Shown here: piece by piece, positions 26,204-35,458 of the stretch
How positions within the stretch are numbered: position 1 is the stretch's first letter
Layout of the letters: every line of letters starts with the position of its first letter
IMG/VR virus record: IMGVR_UViG_3300030105_001413
Coordinates: 1 to 40,965 of that record
Strand: one strand, 5' to 3'
From: a virus
Lineage: Duplodnaviria; Caudoviricetes
Length of the DNA stretch: 40,965 nucleotides
Position numbers and translations under genes: made by a program
Notes under the pieces: model-generated
Databases searched by the model: none
What the model was told of the DNA's origin: nothing
Seen by the model: the letters and a program-made list of their open reading frames with translations, nothing else

Positions 26204-26557
26204 ATGACTGGGAATGACTTCGCATACACGCACAACCTGTGTGTTGATTTACCCGAAGCAGGGTTGTTTGATCTAGATGTTCAACTCGATATCGCCATGG
26301 CGGTAACGCTAGATGATTTTGAAATTGAAACAGTTTCAATTGTCAAGCCAAGCTTGAATTGGGTAGCGTCCAGCCCAGGATCATGGGCGAGCGCAGCAGC
26401 AGGAGAGACTAGTTGGTCAGAAACTGTGTCGTGCGAAGGAAGTGCCTTGCGCGAGGCACTTGGCAAAGCGATTCGAGCGGCTGTTGAAGATGATACGTCA
26501 ATTATAGACGAAATCTTTGATGGCGCAGAACAATCCCTTTTCAATACGTTTAATTAG
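26204..26557 (+). CDS. Acidic early protein (117 aa)
   Basis: AGGAG RBS; 21 D/E vs 4 K/R by hand count. Confidence 0.8.
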   Translation: MTGNDFAYTHNLCVDLPEAGLFDLDVQLDIAMAVTLDDFEIETVSIVKPSLNWVASSPGSWASAAAGETSWSETVSCEGSALREALGKAIRAAVEDDTSIIDEIFDGAEQSLFNTFN

Positions 26558-26567
26558 GAGAGACAAA

Positions 26568-26768
26568 ATGGACGATTTCAAGAATGAGAAAATTGTCTTG
26601 CTACATGCAGGCGTCATATCCACGCGAGCGGTACTCGCTTGGCTGGTCGAAAACGACACGTTCACGATCAATCATGGTGAACTGATTGACCAGGCAACCG
26701 CCGAGGAAAGTGCTGCGCTAAATGCGTGGTATGATTTCACCTATGCTGAAACCAAAATAAATCTGTAG
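26568..26768 (+). CDS. Acidic early protein (66 aa, MDDFKNEK...)
   Basis: AGGAG RBS supports the ATG at 26568 rather than 26517. Confidence 0.75.
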   Translation: MDDFKNEKIVLLHAGVISTRAVLAWLVENDTFTINHGELIDQATAEESAALNAWYDFTYAETKINL

Positions 26769-26777
26769 AGGAAAGAC

Positions 26778-26936
26778 ATGTACTATTTTGTAACCGACAA
26801 GGCAGCGCAAGATTTCGTTCGTGCAGCGCATGAAAGTTATTATGCGCCTGCTAGCACATACGAACTTTCTGGAATACTAGAAGATGGGCTGGCAGAAGAT
26901 ACTGAGGCAACGGACCTATTGGTCCAGGACCTCTAG
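26778..26936 (+). CDS. Acidic early protein (52 aa, MYYFVTDKAAQDF...LVQDL)
   Basis: Hand-translated; GAGGA RBS; below the ORF-track cutoff. Confidence 0.7.
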   Translation: MYYFVTDKAAQDFVRAAHESYYAPASTYELSGILEDGLAEDTEATDLLVQDL

Positions 26937-27038
26937 TGTTTTTCTATATGTTAATTATAAACCATAAAAACCAAGAGGTTTTTAGGTGAGAAGTAACAAG
27001 GGTAAACCCTGACCGGGCTTTTAGTATGTGTGTACTAA

Positions 27039-27067
27039 TACTACCCTCGGTAAGGGGCTTTTGTGAC
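27039..27067 (-). promoter_or_regulatory. Second copy of the bipartite motif GTCACAAAA-N13-GGTAGTA (antisense to early genes)
   Basis: Exact match of both boxes and spacing to 23033-23061. Confidence 0.6.
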
Positions 27068-27107
27068 GTTTTCCTGTCAAAAATATTCAAATTAGGTGTG
27101 AGGTTTT

Positions 27108-27287
27108 ATGAAATACGCCATCATTGACATCATCAGTTGTGAAAGCTGTCCCTTCCATAATCATCTCAGGGTTCCAGTCGAAAGCAGTTGGTGCATCGCT
27201 CCTTATCTTGATGCACCACGCGAGATTAAAAACCTAAGCCAGGGTTTTCCAAACTGGTGTCCCCTAGACGATGACGATGATGAATGA
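27108..27287 (+). CDS. Small Cys-rich protein (59 aa; SCESCPF...WCPL)
   Basis: Hand-translated; GAGG RBS; CxxCP...C...PxWCPL pattern common in phage small proteins. Confidence 0.75.
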   Translation: MKYAIIDIISCESCPFHNHLRVPVESSWCIAPYLDAPREIKNLSQGFPNWCPLDDDDDE

Positions 27288-27288
27288 G

Positions 27289-27317
27289 TTGATTTAATAT
27301 GAATAACACTGTATAAT
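27289..27317 (+). promoter_or_regulatory. Sigma70 promoter TTGATT-N17-TGTATAAT for the replication operon
   Basis: Perfect -10 TATAAT, 17-nt spacer, 30 nt upstream of nrdJ. Confidence 0.75.
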
Positions 27318-27347
27318 AATGCTTCTTTAACACACACAAGGCATGAT

Positions 27348-29525
27348 ATGAAACGATCTCCTATCGCTGATCAAGTTTTCAAGCAGAAGTACTCACTGAA
27401 TGATGAAACAATTAGTGCTATGAACACACGTGTGGCTGATGCTTTAGCGTCCACAGAAGCTGATGAATCCTGGTCCAACAAGTTCTATGACACTCTATGT
27501 GACTTCAAGTTTATCCCTGCCGGGCGAATTTTAGCGGGCGCTGGTAGCGGCAGAGCTGTCACCTTGTTCAATTGTTACGTTACCGCTGACATTCCAGACA
27601 GTTTGTCTGGCATCTTTGACGTCGTCAAGGAAAGTGCCATCACAATGCAGGCTGGCGGTGGCATTGGCATGAACTTCTCCACCATTCGGCCCAAGGGTGC
27701 GTTTGTTAAAGGCGTCGAGGCTGATGCCTCTGGGCCACTGTCGTTCATGGACGTGTGGGATAGCACTTGCAAGACAATCATGTCTGCTGGGTCACGTCGC
27801 GGCGCTATGATGGCTTGCTTGCGCGTAGACCACCCTGATATTGAGGAGTTTATCACTGCCAAACAAGATCCGCTGAGGTTCCGCAATTTCAATTGCTCAG
27901 TTCTTATTACCGATAAGTTTATGGAAGCTGTTAGGGATGATGACGGTTTTGATCTAACTTTTGGCGAAGAAATCCATAGGGTAGATGCTCGTCAGCTATG
28001 GGATAAGATCATGCGGTCAACCTACGCTTATGCTGAACCAGGGGTTATCTTCATTGATCGGATTAATCGTTTCAACAATCTAAATTACTGCGAAACAATT
28101 AATGCAACCAATCCGTGTGGTGAACAACCACTGCCTGCGAACGGGGCATGCCTGCTAGGCTCAATTAACATGACGCAGTTTATTATTCACCCGTTTTCGG
28201 AATGCCCTACGTTTGATCGGGCCAGCTTTCGTGCTTCTGTTACAACTGCAATCCGCATGATGGACAACACAATTGATGTTAGTTTGTATCCCCACAAGGC
28301 TCAGATGGAAGAGGCTTTCGCCAAGAGGCGCATAGGTTTGGGTCTAACTGGTGTTGCTAGTGCCTTGGCGATGATGAAGACGCGCTACGATAGCCAGGCT
28401 GGTCGTGATATTGTTGAAGGATGGGCAAGCGAACTACAGATCAGTTCCTATTGGGCCAGTGCTGACCTCTCTGTTGAAAAGGGTGCGTTCCCACTGTTTG
28501 ACAATGACCTGTTCAGCAATTCAAAAACATTCTTGTCGTTACCCTTTCCCTTGCAACAGGTGATTAAGAAGACCGGGCTTCGTAATGGTCTTCTAACTTC
28601 TATCGCTCCAACTGGAACAATCAGTCTGCTTGCAGATAACGTATCTTCTGGCATTGAGCCAATCTTTGCACTGGAATACACGCGCAAGGTGATTAGAGAT
28701 GACGGATCTAAGAGCGAAGAAGTTGTGTCTGATTATGCGGTGCGATTGTTCCGTGATGGACATGACGTCAGTCTTCCATCTTATTTTGTAACAGCACAAG
28801 ATATCTCCCCAGATGCTCACGTCAAGATGCAGGCTGCGGTTCAGAAATATATCGACAGCGCCATCAGTAAGACAATTAACGTGCCAGAGGATATCTCTTT
28901 TGACTTGTTCAAGGATGTTTATCAGCTCGCGTATGATACTGGCTGCAAGGGTGTAACTACCTACCGACCCAACGATGTAACAGGAAGCGTACTGAGCGTC
29001 GGTAAGGAAGAAGAGGTACGTACCCACCAGACAGTGTCTCTTGCATCACCAGCGGTACGTCCTACGTCATTAACAGGGACAACCTATAAGCTTCGTTGGC
29101 CTGCCGCGCCTCATGCATTCTACATTGTGATCAATGACCACTTTGTAGACGGTGTTCGACGCCCCTTTGAGATGTTCGTGACAAGCAAGAATATTGAAGG
29201 CAGCGCCCTGATGACTGGTCTCACTCGCATGGTCAGTGCTGTGTTCAGGCGAGGAGGTGACCTGGACTTCATTGTTGAGGAACTTAAAGCTGTGTACGAC
29301 CCCAAAGGGGCTGAATGGTTGAACGGTAAACAGGTTCCAAGTATGCTGGCAGCTATCGGTGGCATACTGGAACAGCACATGTATTCAACAGAGGCTTGGT
29401 CTATTGAAGAGGGCACTCCAACTGAGGCACACCACGCCGTATGCCCTATGTGTGGGGAGTCTACGCTAATAAAGCAAAGTGGCTGCGATAGCTGCACTTC
29501 CTGCGGTTATAGCAAATGTGGGTGA
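27348..29525 (+). CDS. nrdJ: Class II (adenosylcobalamin-dependent) ribonucleotide reductase with C-terminal TSCPD/Zn-ribbon
   Basis: PAGRIL, LFNC, RRGA, TNPCGEQPL, IAPTGT, ISKTIN and KGVTTYR motifs; C-terminal CPMC...CTSCGYSKCG; no beta-subunit gene. Confidence 0.95.
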   Translation: MKRSPIADQVFKQKYSLNDETISAMNTRVADALASTEADESWSNKFYDTLCDFKFIPAGRILAGAGSGRAVTLFNCYVTADIPDSLSGIFDVVKESAITMQAGGGIGMNFSTIRPKGAFVKGVEADASGPLSFMDVWDSTCKTIMSAGSRRGAMMACLRVDHPDIEEFITAKQDPLRFRNFNCSVLITDKFMEAVRDDDGFDLTFGEEIHRVDARQLWDKIMRSTYAYAEPGVIFIDRINRFNNLNYCETINATNPCGEQPLPANGACLLGSINMTQFIIHPFSECPTFDRASFRASVTTAIRMMDNTIDVSLYPHKAQMEEAFAKRRIGLGLTGVASALAMMKTRYDSQAGRDIVEGWASELQISSYWASADLSVEKGAFPLFDNDLFSNSKTFLSLPFPLQQVIKKTGLRNGLLTSIAPTGTISLLADNVSSGIEPIFALEYTRKVIRDDGSKSEEVVSDYAVRLFRDGHDVSLPSYFVTAQDISPDAHVKMQAAVQKYIDSAISKTINVPEDISFDLFKDVYQLAYDTGCKGVTTYRPNDVTGSVLSVGKEEEVRTHQTVSLASPAVRPTSLTGTTYKLRWPAAPHAFYIVINDHFVDGVRRPFEMFVTSKNIEGSALMTGLTRMVSAVFRRGGDLDFIVEELKAVYDPKGAEWLNGKQVPSMLAAIGGILEQHMYSTEAWSIEEGTPTEAHHAVCPMCGESTLIKQSGCDSCTSCGYSKCG

Positions 29526-29529
29526 GCAT

Positions 29530-29574
29530 GGCTGTGCCACCTGCCTGAGCTGGGGTCATAGTAAATGTGGGTGA
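29530..29574 (+). pseudogene. Out-of-frame second copy of the NrdJ C-terminal 14 codons (GCATCLSWGHSKCG*)
   Basis: 33/45 nt identical to 29481-29525; offset 49 nt. Confidence 0.7.
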
Positions 29575-29609
29575 GTATACAAGTGATTTCAAAGATGGGA
29601 AAATCAAAC

Positions 29610-29759
29610 ATGAGCACTGATAATGTTTCGAAGGCAATCGATTACCTCGAACAGGTTTTGAAACTCAACAACGAAAACCTGCGAGACCAAGTGAAAGAGC
29701 AAGCTAAGTACTTGGAGAGTATCTTTAATGGTGACAAAGTGGATGACAAAAAATCATGA
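29610..29759 (+). CDS. Hypothetical coiled-coil protein (49 aa, MSTDNVSK...)
   Basis: ATGA overlap with the next gene; start uncertain. Confidence 0.6.
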   Translation: MSTDNVSKAIDYLEQVLKLNNENLRDQVKEQAKYLESIFNGDKVDDKKS

Positions 29760-30262
29760 ACATATTCTTCCTAGATGAGGACACTGAATTGTGTGCTCAA
29801 GGACACTATGACATTCATGTCAGCAAGATGATCCTTGAGACCGCCCAATTGCTGTCAACAGCACATCACTTGGCTGATTCGCCAGTGCGAGAGATGGTGT
29901 ACAAGATGACACACAAGAATCATCCGTCATCTGTATGGGTGAGAGAAAGCAAAACTCATTATGAGTGGCTCTTTGATCTGTTCTGCGAACTGAACAAGGA
30001 GTTCAGGCACAGGCGTGGCAAAGATCATATGTCTTGGGTTAAACTCAGCAAAGATCTTTCTTCCCCGCCACCTGGGTTGACCCAGGCAGGTTGGCTGAGA
30101 GATCCTCCACAGTGTATGCCAGACCAGTATCGCAGAACAGACTCAGTCACAGCCTATCGATTGTATTACACCTACGGTAAGAATCACCTTCACTCTTATA
30201 CCAAGCGCCAAGTACCGTCTTGGATGGATGAAAACGAAAGGATGGTATATGGCACAGTCTGA
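29756..30262 (+). CDS. Pyrimidine-dimer DNA glycosylase / DenV-like protein
   Basis: MNIFFLD...D.HV.KMILETAQLLSTAH...THKNHPS..W...PPQCMPD...AYR.YY signature. Confidence 0.85.
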   Translation: MNIFFLDEDTELCAQGHYDIHVSKMILETAQLLSTAHHLADSPVREMVYKMTHKNHPSSVWVRESKTHYEWLFDLFCELNKEFRHRRGKDHMSWVKLSKDLSSPPPGLTQAGWLRDPPQCMPDQYRRTDSVTAYRLYYTYGKNHLHSYTKRQVPSWMDENERMVYGTV

Positions 30263-31919
30263 ATGTGTAGAAAAACTACCTCACTCTTGTGGCAGCAGTG
30301 ATGCGCTACAGGTGTTCCATGAAGAGACAAAAGGATATAGCGGTTATTGTTTCGCTTGTGAGACAGTCGTTCCAGATCCTTATGGTGGGGTCAATGTCGC
30401 AGAGGTAAAACAAAAGGTGCAGAAAACAGATAGACAGAAACAGGCCGAGATTGAGGAGATTGATGACCTACCTACAGTATCACTGCCAGATCGTCATCTA
30501 AGAAAAGATACCTTAGATGCATTCGGTGTTAAGACTGAACTCTCACAACAGGATGGCGAGACCCCGACTGTCGCGTACTACCCTGTCTATAACGGAAGAA
30601 GGATTGTAGGGTACAAAGCTAAGATGCAGACTGCAAAGCGCATGTGGACAGTAGGAAGTATGCGTGGTGACAAGGATCTATTTGGCTGGAAGGAAGCTGT
30701 CGAGAACGGTGGTCGCAGACTTTTCATCACTGAAGGTGAAGACGATGCGCTGGCTCTGTACCAGGCACTTGTTGACAAACAGGCTGGAACAAAGTGGTCA
30801 GCCTATCTACCGTCAGTCACATCTATCGTTGGAGGTGCAGGAACTGCTGCTAAAGAGATCGGTAGAATGCTTCCTCAGATCAACGCGTCATTCAAAGAAT
30901 TGGTTTTGGTTTTCGATCAGGATAAGGCAGGCCAGGCAGCGGTCAAGAAGGTCATGCAGATTGCGCCAAGTGCCACATCAGTCGAGCTGACAGAAAAGGA
31001 CGCCAATGCAATGGTGATTGCAGGGCGGTCGAAAGCTCTTGCTGATGCTGCTCTTTTTAAAAGCACAAAGCCTAAGAATACACGTATTGTTAACGGCAGT
31101 TCTCTTCGAGAAGCGGCGAGCACTCCCGCTCAATACGGAGAGAGTTACCCATGGGAAGGATTGACAAAGCTGACCCGTGGTATGCGTTTCGGTGAGACTT
31201 ATTACCTAGGTGCAGGTGTCAAGATGGGTAAGACAACTGTTCGGTCCGCTTTGGCAGCACACTTTCTGAAAACCCATGGCCTTGATGTCTTTATGGCAGC
31301 ACCAGAGGAGAGCAACAAGAAATCTTATCAACTCTTGCTTGGTCAGGTTGCACACAAGGTCTTTCACGACCCTGATATTGAGTTCGATACACCAGCGTAC
31401 CACAAGGCTGCTGACTTTGTAGGGGACAGACTTAGGCTTTTGAATCTTTACCAACATCTTGGCTGGGAAACTTTGAAGGCAGATATTCTCGAAGCTGTTG
31501 GGTTGGGGTGCAAGGTTATTATGATTGACCCGATCACCAATCTCACCAACGGTATCTCTTCAGGTGAGGCTAACACCCAGTTACAGGGGATTGCCCAGGA
31601 ACTAGCTGTCTTGGCGCTTGATCATGGCTTGATCATTTGGATCTTCTGCCATTTGAAAAGCCCTGATTATGGTGTTAGTCACGAGAGGGGCGGAAGAGTT
31701 CTTAGCTACCAGTTTGCTGGAAGCAGAGCCATGATGCGTAGTTGTAACATGATGATTGGTTTGGAAGGCAACAAAGATCCTGACGAGGATGATGAGACAC
31801 GAAGCACACGACGCCTAGTTGTTTTGGAAGACCGTGAGTTTGGCGCATCAGGTACAATCAGTATGACTTACAATCCTCTTAAAGGTATTCTGGAAGAGAA
31901 CAAGGACATGCACAACTGA
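30249..31919 (+). CDS. T7 gp4-like primase/helicase
   Basis: Zn finger PHSCGSSDA...CFAC, TOPRIM ITEGEDD/FDQD, Walker A GAGVKMGKT, IDPIT, FCHL, GSRA. Confidence 0.95.
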   Translation: MAQSECVEKLPHSCGSSDALQVFHEETKGYSGYCFACETVVPDPYGGVNVAEVKQKVQKTDRQKQAEIEEIDDLPTVSLPDRHLRKDTLDAFGVKTELSQQDGETPTVAYYPVYNGRRIVGYKAKMQTAKRMWTVGSMRGDKDLFGWKEAVENGGRRLFITEGEDDALALYQALVDKQAGTKWSAYLPSVTSIVGGAGTAAKEIGRMLPQINASFKELVLVFDQDKAGQAAVKKVMQIAPSATSVELTEKDANAMVIAGRSKALADAALFKSTKPKNTRIVNGSSLREAASTPAQYGESYPWEGLTKLTRGMRFGETYYLGAGVKMGKTTVRSALAAHFLKTHGLDVFMAAPEESNKKSYQLLLGQVAHKVFHDPDIEFDTPAYHKAADFVGDRLRLLNLYQHLGWETLKADILEAVGLGCKVIMIDPITNLTNGISSGEANTQLQGIAQELAVLALDHGLIIWIFCHLKSPDYGVSHERGGRVLSYQFAGSRAMMRSCNMMIGLEGNKDPDEDDETRSTRRLVVLEDREFGASGTISMTYNPLKGILEENKDMHN

Positions 31920-32182
31920 TGGCGTTCATGAATGTGAACAGCAAGTTGAATGCCCTCAAGGCTTCACTTGAGGATGACAAGACGGAGTTTGTTGAGACGC
32001 AAGAAGATGTCCTACGTATGAGACGTAACCTTATACTCAGGGCAACCAGAAAAGCACAAGCTGCTGGCAAATCGGTGTCGTTCGACCCAGTAACATGGAC
32101 AAAAGCATGGTCAACACGAGGTGACGAAAGGAGAAAAGCTAATGAACAACCTGACAAAGGAACAGAGCTACAAGATCGTTGA
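31919..32182 (+). CDS. Hypothetical protein
   Basis: 87 aa; TGATG overlap with the helicase gene. Confidence 0.65.
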   Translation: MAFMNVNSKLNALKASLEDDKTEFVETQEDVLRMRRNLILRATRKAQAAGKSVSFDPVTWTKAWSTRGDERRKANEQPDKGTELQDR

Positions 32183-32666
32183 AGGTCACTACAGAAAATC
32201 CTATAGTATTCTTGTTAACACGCTAACAAAGAAGGCAGGTGGTAGACAGAATGCAGAAGACACAGTTCAAGAGGCATACACTCGTGCCTTAACTTACATT
32301 AAGTCATATGACGGGGATAGCGATTTTGGTGCTTGGTTCAACACTATTCTAGTTAATTCCTTAAGCGATAACCGAGTTCAAGTTCGCAATAGGGGGCACA
32401 CCGGGTTTGATCATGTGGAAATGATAGAGGACCATATGAAATCAGATGCAATAGATGGTGTCCAAGTTGATGAAATCGTTAACTCTATTAAAAGCAAAGA
32501 AAAAGATATAAAAAAGATACTCACACTGTATTTCATTCACCAATATAAGCCTAGAGAGATTTCTCTCTTAGTACCACAGACTGGTAACAACATACGAAAG
32601 ATTGTACAACGTTTCAAAGAGGAGATGGCATGTGAACACAATGAGACGGGGAGTGTTCGATCTTGA
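32142..32666 (+). CDS. Phage-encoded ECF-like RNA polymerase sigma factor
   Basis: Region 2 AEDTVQEAY...F.AWFNTILVN, region 4 YKPREIS...IRKIVQRFK; AAGGAG RBS. Confidence 0.9.
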   Translation: MNNLTKEQSYKIVEGHYRKSYSILVNTLTKKAGGRQNAEDTVQEAYTRALTYIKSYDGDSDFGAWFNTILVNSLSDNRVQVRNRGHTGFDHVEMIEDHMKSDAIDGVQVDEIVNSIKSKEKDIKKILTLYFIHQYKPREISLLVPQTGNNIRKIVQRFKEEMACEHNETGSVRS

Positions 32667-34509
32667 AACAGATGGTTTGGTTGCCCAGGCGACGGTGGTA
32701 TGGTGTGGTGTGGTTAAGGATCTTGAAACAGGTGATGTATTGCGCTTTGGTCGTGACAGTATCCCTGACTTGCTTCTACATCTTAGTTATTTTGATGTCC
32801 TCATTGGTCACAATGTTGTAGGTTTTGACTTTGTGATCCTTGACAAACTATACGGATGGAAGTATAATGGTAGGGTAGCTGATACATTACTTATGTCTAG
32901 GACACAGAGACCTAACAGGATTGCTCCAGAAAAATCAAAGAGCGGGCCACACAGTGTTGAAAGCTGGGGAATCCGTCTTGGGAGTAGTAAGGTAGAGAAT
33001 GAAGAGTGGGGCAAATGGTCACCTGTCTTGATGGAAAGATGTGAACAGGATGTCGAGATACAGGTACTGATCTTTGAAGCCTTAATGAAAGAAGGGAGAG
33101 GTGAAGGTTGGGGGCCAGCGCATCGTCTCAACACAAAGTTGTTTCACTACCTTGGTAGGCAGGAACGTTCTGGATGGCATGTTGATCAGTCTCTTTTGAA
33201 TTCTAACATACGTCAACTGAAACGGTGGATCGACATGATCGCCGACGCAATCAACCCATCTCTACCCTTGGTCAGGAAAATCCTAGAGATAAAGAAAGAA
33301 GGGGAATACGGATATGTCAAAAAACCTTTTAATCGATCAGGTTTATTGTCTGATAGCGTCATTAAGTATTGTTCTTCTTGTGATGACATGCTTGATCGGG
33401 ACAGGATATCTGGTGTATTCAGTCGTGTCCTGTTTAGAAGAACGGATATAGACAAGGCTTCTGAGATCAAGAGATACCTATTGGATCAGGGGTGGGTTCC
33501 CGCTGAATGGAATACGAATACAGAAGGCGAGCGTACCAGTCCCAAGTTGTCGAAGAACGATACCTTTGTTGGGATCAAAGGAAAAACAGGTAAGTTGGTC
33601 GCAAGAAGGGTACAGTGTAAAGCCAGGTTATCTATTCTCGAAGGTTGGCAGGCTCTTATTCGTGACGACGGAAGGATACCAACACCTGTCACTGGTATTG
33701 CTGACACGGCTCGACTGAGACACAAAAGTATTGTGAACGTTCCGTCTCCCAGTACGGGTAGCTTCTACGCAAAACCAATGCGCTCTGTCTTCACTGCTAC
33801 TCCTGGTTGGTTCATGTCAGGTGTTGACTCGAAAGGTAACCAAGCTAGACAGTTAGCATCTAGGATGCAGGACGATGAGTTCACTGAGGCAGTTCTTAAC
33901 GGTGACATTCATTCCTTAAACCAACACAAGTCTGGTGCTGGAACAAGAGCCAAGGCAAAGAACTTCTTTTATGGATTGATGTTTGGAGCTGGTCCAGCAA
34001 ATATAGCTGCACAGTTGGGTATAAAAAATAAGGATGCAAAGGCGCTGATAAATCGTTATATGAACGAGATGCCCAAACTCAAAAGATTGATTGATGACAC
34101 CGAAAAGAAATGGTCTAAGACAGCTAGACGTTATTACGACAAGAAGCGCGGCTATGAGACTATGCGTGGAGGGTGGATAACTGGTCTTGACGGAAGAAGG
34201 ATTAAGGTTGATAGCGCACATAAGATATTGTGTTACCAACTCCAGTCAGATGAGGCCATCCAGATGAGCCATGCTTACGTCCACCTGCACGAAGAGATGG
34301 AAAGAGCTGGATATGTTCTAGGAGAGGATTGGAGGATGTTAATTTGGATGCATGATGAATTTCAATTTGAAGGAAGAACGAATGAGATTGTACACCACGC
34401 TGCGAAACTGGCTTGTGAATCAATATCATGGGCTGGACATCATCTCAGTATTAATTGCGAGCATGAAGGCGAAGCCCTTTTCGGGAACAACTGGGCGGAA
34501 TGTCACTAA
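32632..34509 (+). CDS. DNA polymerase A (T7 gp5-like) with 3'-5' exonuclease
   Basis: FDLETDG, GHNVVGFD, TARLRH..VNVP, motif A DSKGNQAR, motif B RAKAKNFFYGLMFG, motif C HDEFQ; start GTG 32632 or ATG 32641. Confidence 0.95.
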   Translation: MNTMRRGVFDLETDGLVAQATVVWCGVVKDLETGDVLRFGRDSIPDLLLHLSYFDVLIGHNVVGFDFVILDKLYGWKYNGRVADTLLMSRTQRPNRIAPEKSKSGPHSVESWGIRLGSSKVENEEWGKWSPVLMERCEQDVEIQVLIFEALMKEGRGEGWGPAHRLNTKLFHYLGRQERSGWHVDQSLLNSNIRQLKRWIDMIADAINPSLPLVRKILEIKKEGEYGYVKKPFNRSGLLSDSVIKYCSSCDDMLDRDRISGVFSRVLFRRTDIDKASEIKRYLLDQGWVPAEWNTNTEGERTSPKLSKNDTFVGIKGKTGKLVARRVQCKARLSILEGWQALIRDDGRIPTPVTGIADTARLRHKSIVNVPSPSTGSFYAKPMRSVFTATPGWFMSGVDSKGNQARQLASRMQDDEFTEAVLNGDIHSLNQHKSGAGTRAKAKNFFYGLMFGAGPANIAAQLGIKNKDAKALINRYMNEMPKLKRLIDDTEKKWSKTARRYYDKKRGYETMRGGWITGLDGRRIKVDSAHKILCYQLQSDEAIQMSHAYVHLHEEMERAGYVLGEDWRMLIWMHDEFQFEGRTNEIVHHAAKLACESISWAGHHLSINCEHEGEALFGNNWAECH

Positions 34510-34560
34510 ATTCCCAGACGTACCTAAGTCTCGTGTTAATTCCAGAAGGAAATATTTTTA

Positions 34561-34800
34561 ATGAAGATGGGGAGACCTTCTAATAATGAGATGCCTGAGA
34601 TGTTTACTGATGAGGCTTACCTGGCATGTCATTTGTATCAGAAGGGTATGTCGATCAAGGATATTTCAGAGAAGTACGATTGCACCAGTTACATGGTAAC
34701 TCAGTTCCTTTTGTGGAACGACATTAAGTTGCGAAAGCGTGGCCGAGTTTCAGGTGTTTATAATAAATTCAAACATATGGAGAATAAATATGGGTCTTAA
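34561..34800 (+). CDS. Small HTH DNA-binding protein
   Basis: LYQKGMSIKDISEKYDCT...IKLRKRG. Confidence 0.7.
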   Translation: MKMGRPSNNEMPEMFTDEAYLACHLYQKGMSIKDISEKYDCTSYMVTQFLLWNDIKLRKRGRVSGVYNKFKHMENKYGS

Positions 34801-35458
34801 TTCAAACAACGTACAGAGTGCTTCCTCTTTTAAGCCCGCCGACCCTCTTGAGCCAGGTGCATACCCAGCTCGACTTGTTGTGGTTGCAGATCTTGGTGTC
34901 CAAGCTCAACGTCCTTACCAAGGTGAAGAGAAAGCAGACGCACAGGAAATCTTGGTTGTGTACGAGATCCTTGATGAGTTCATGAAAGATGATTCTGGTC
35001 ACGATATCGAGGACAAGCCACGTTGGGTTAATGAAATCTTCCCTCTCCACAGCCTACGAGCTGATCTCGCTAAAAGCACCAAGCGTTACAAAGCCATTGA
35101 TCCGCAGGGGAATGTGAACGGCGATTGGTCACAGTTAGTAGGGGAACCTTGTATGGTCACCCTTGTACAGAACCAAGGTAAGGGTGCCAGTTCAGGTCGG
35201 ATCTTCAACAACGTAGCAGCGGTGTCGCCTATGCGAGCCAAGGAAGCAGACATCGCGCCAGATCTAGTCAACCCTAGCGTGGTATTTGACTTTGATGAAC
35301 CGGATCTTGAATCTTTTGAGAGGCTACCTTCTTGGATACAGGAGAAGGTGAAGGTCGGTGTGAATTTCCCTGGCTCTAAGTTGGACGCACTTCTTGGTGG
35401 GAAGGTATATGTAGAAGAAGTCAATGATCAAAGTGATAATGACGAGAGCCCGTTTTGA
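34790..35458 (+). CDS. Putative single-stranded DNA-binding protein
   Basis: GAYPARLV.VADLG.Q motif, OB-like fold pattern, acidic tail DNDESPF; GGAG RBS. Confidence 0.75.
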   Translation: MGLNSNNVQSASSFKPADPLEPGAYPARLVVVADLGVQAQRPYQGEEKADAQEILVVYEILDEFMKDDSGHDIEDKPRWVNEIFPLHSLRADLAKSTKRYKAIDPQGNVNGDWSQLVGEPCMVTLVQNQGKGASSGRIFNNVAAVSPMRAKEADIAPDLVNPSVVFDFDEPDLESFERLPSWIQEKVKVGVNFPGSKLDALLGGKVYVEEVNDQSDNDESPF

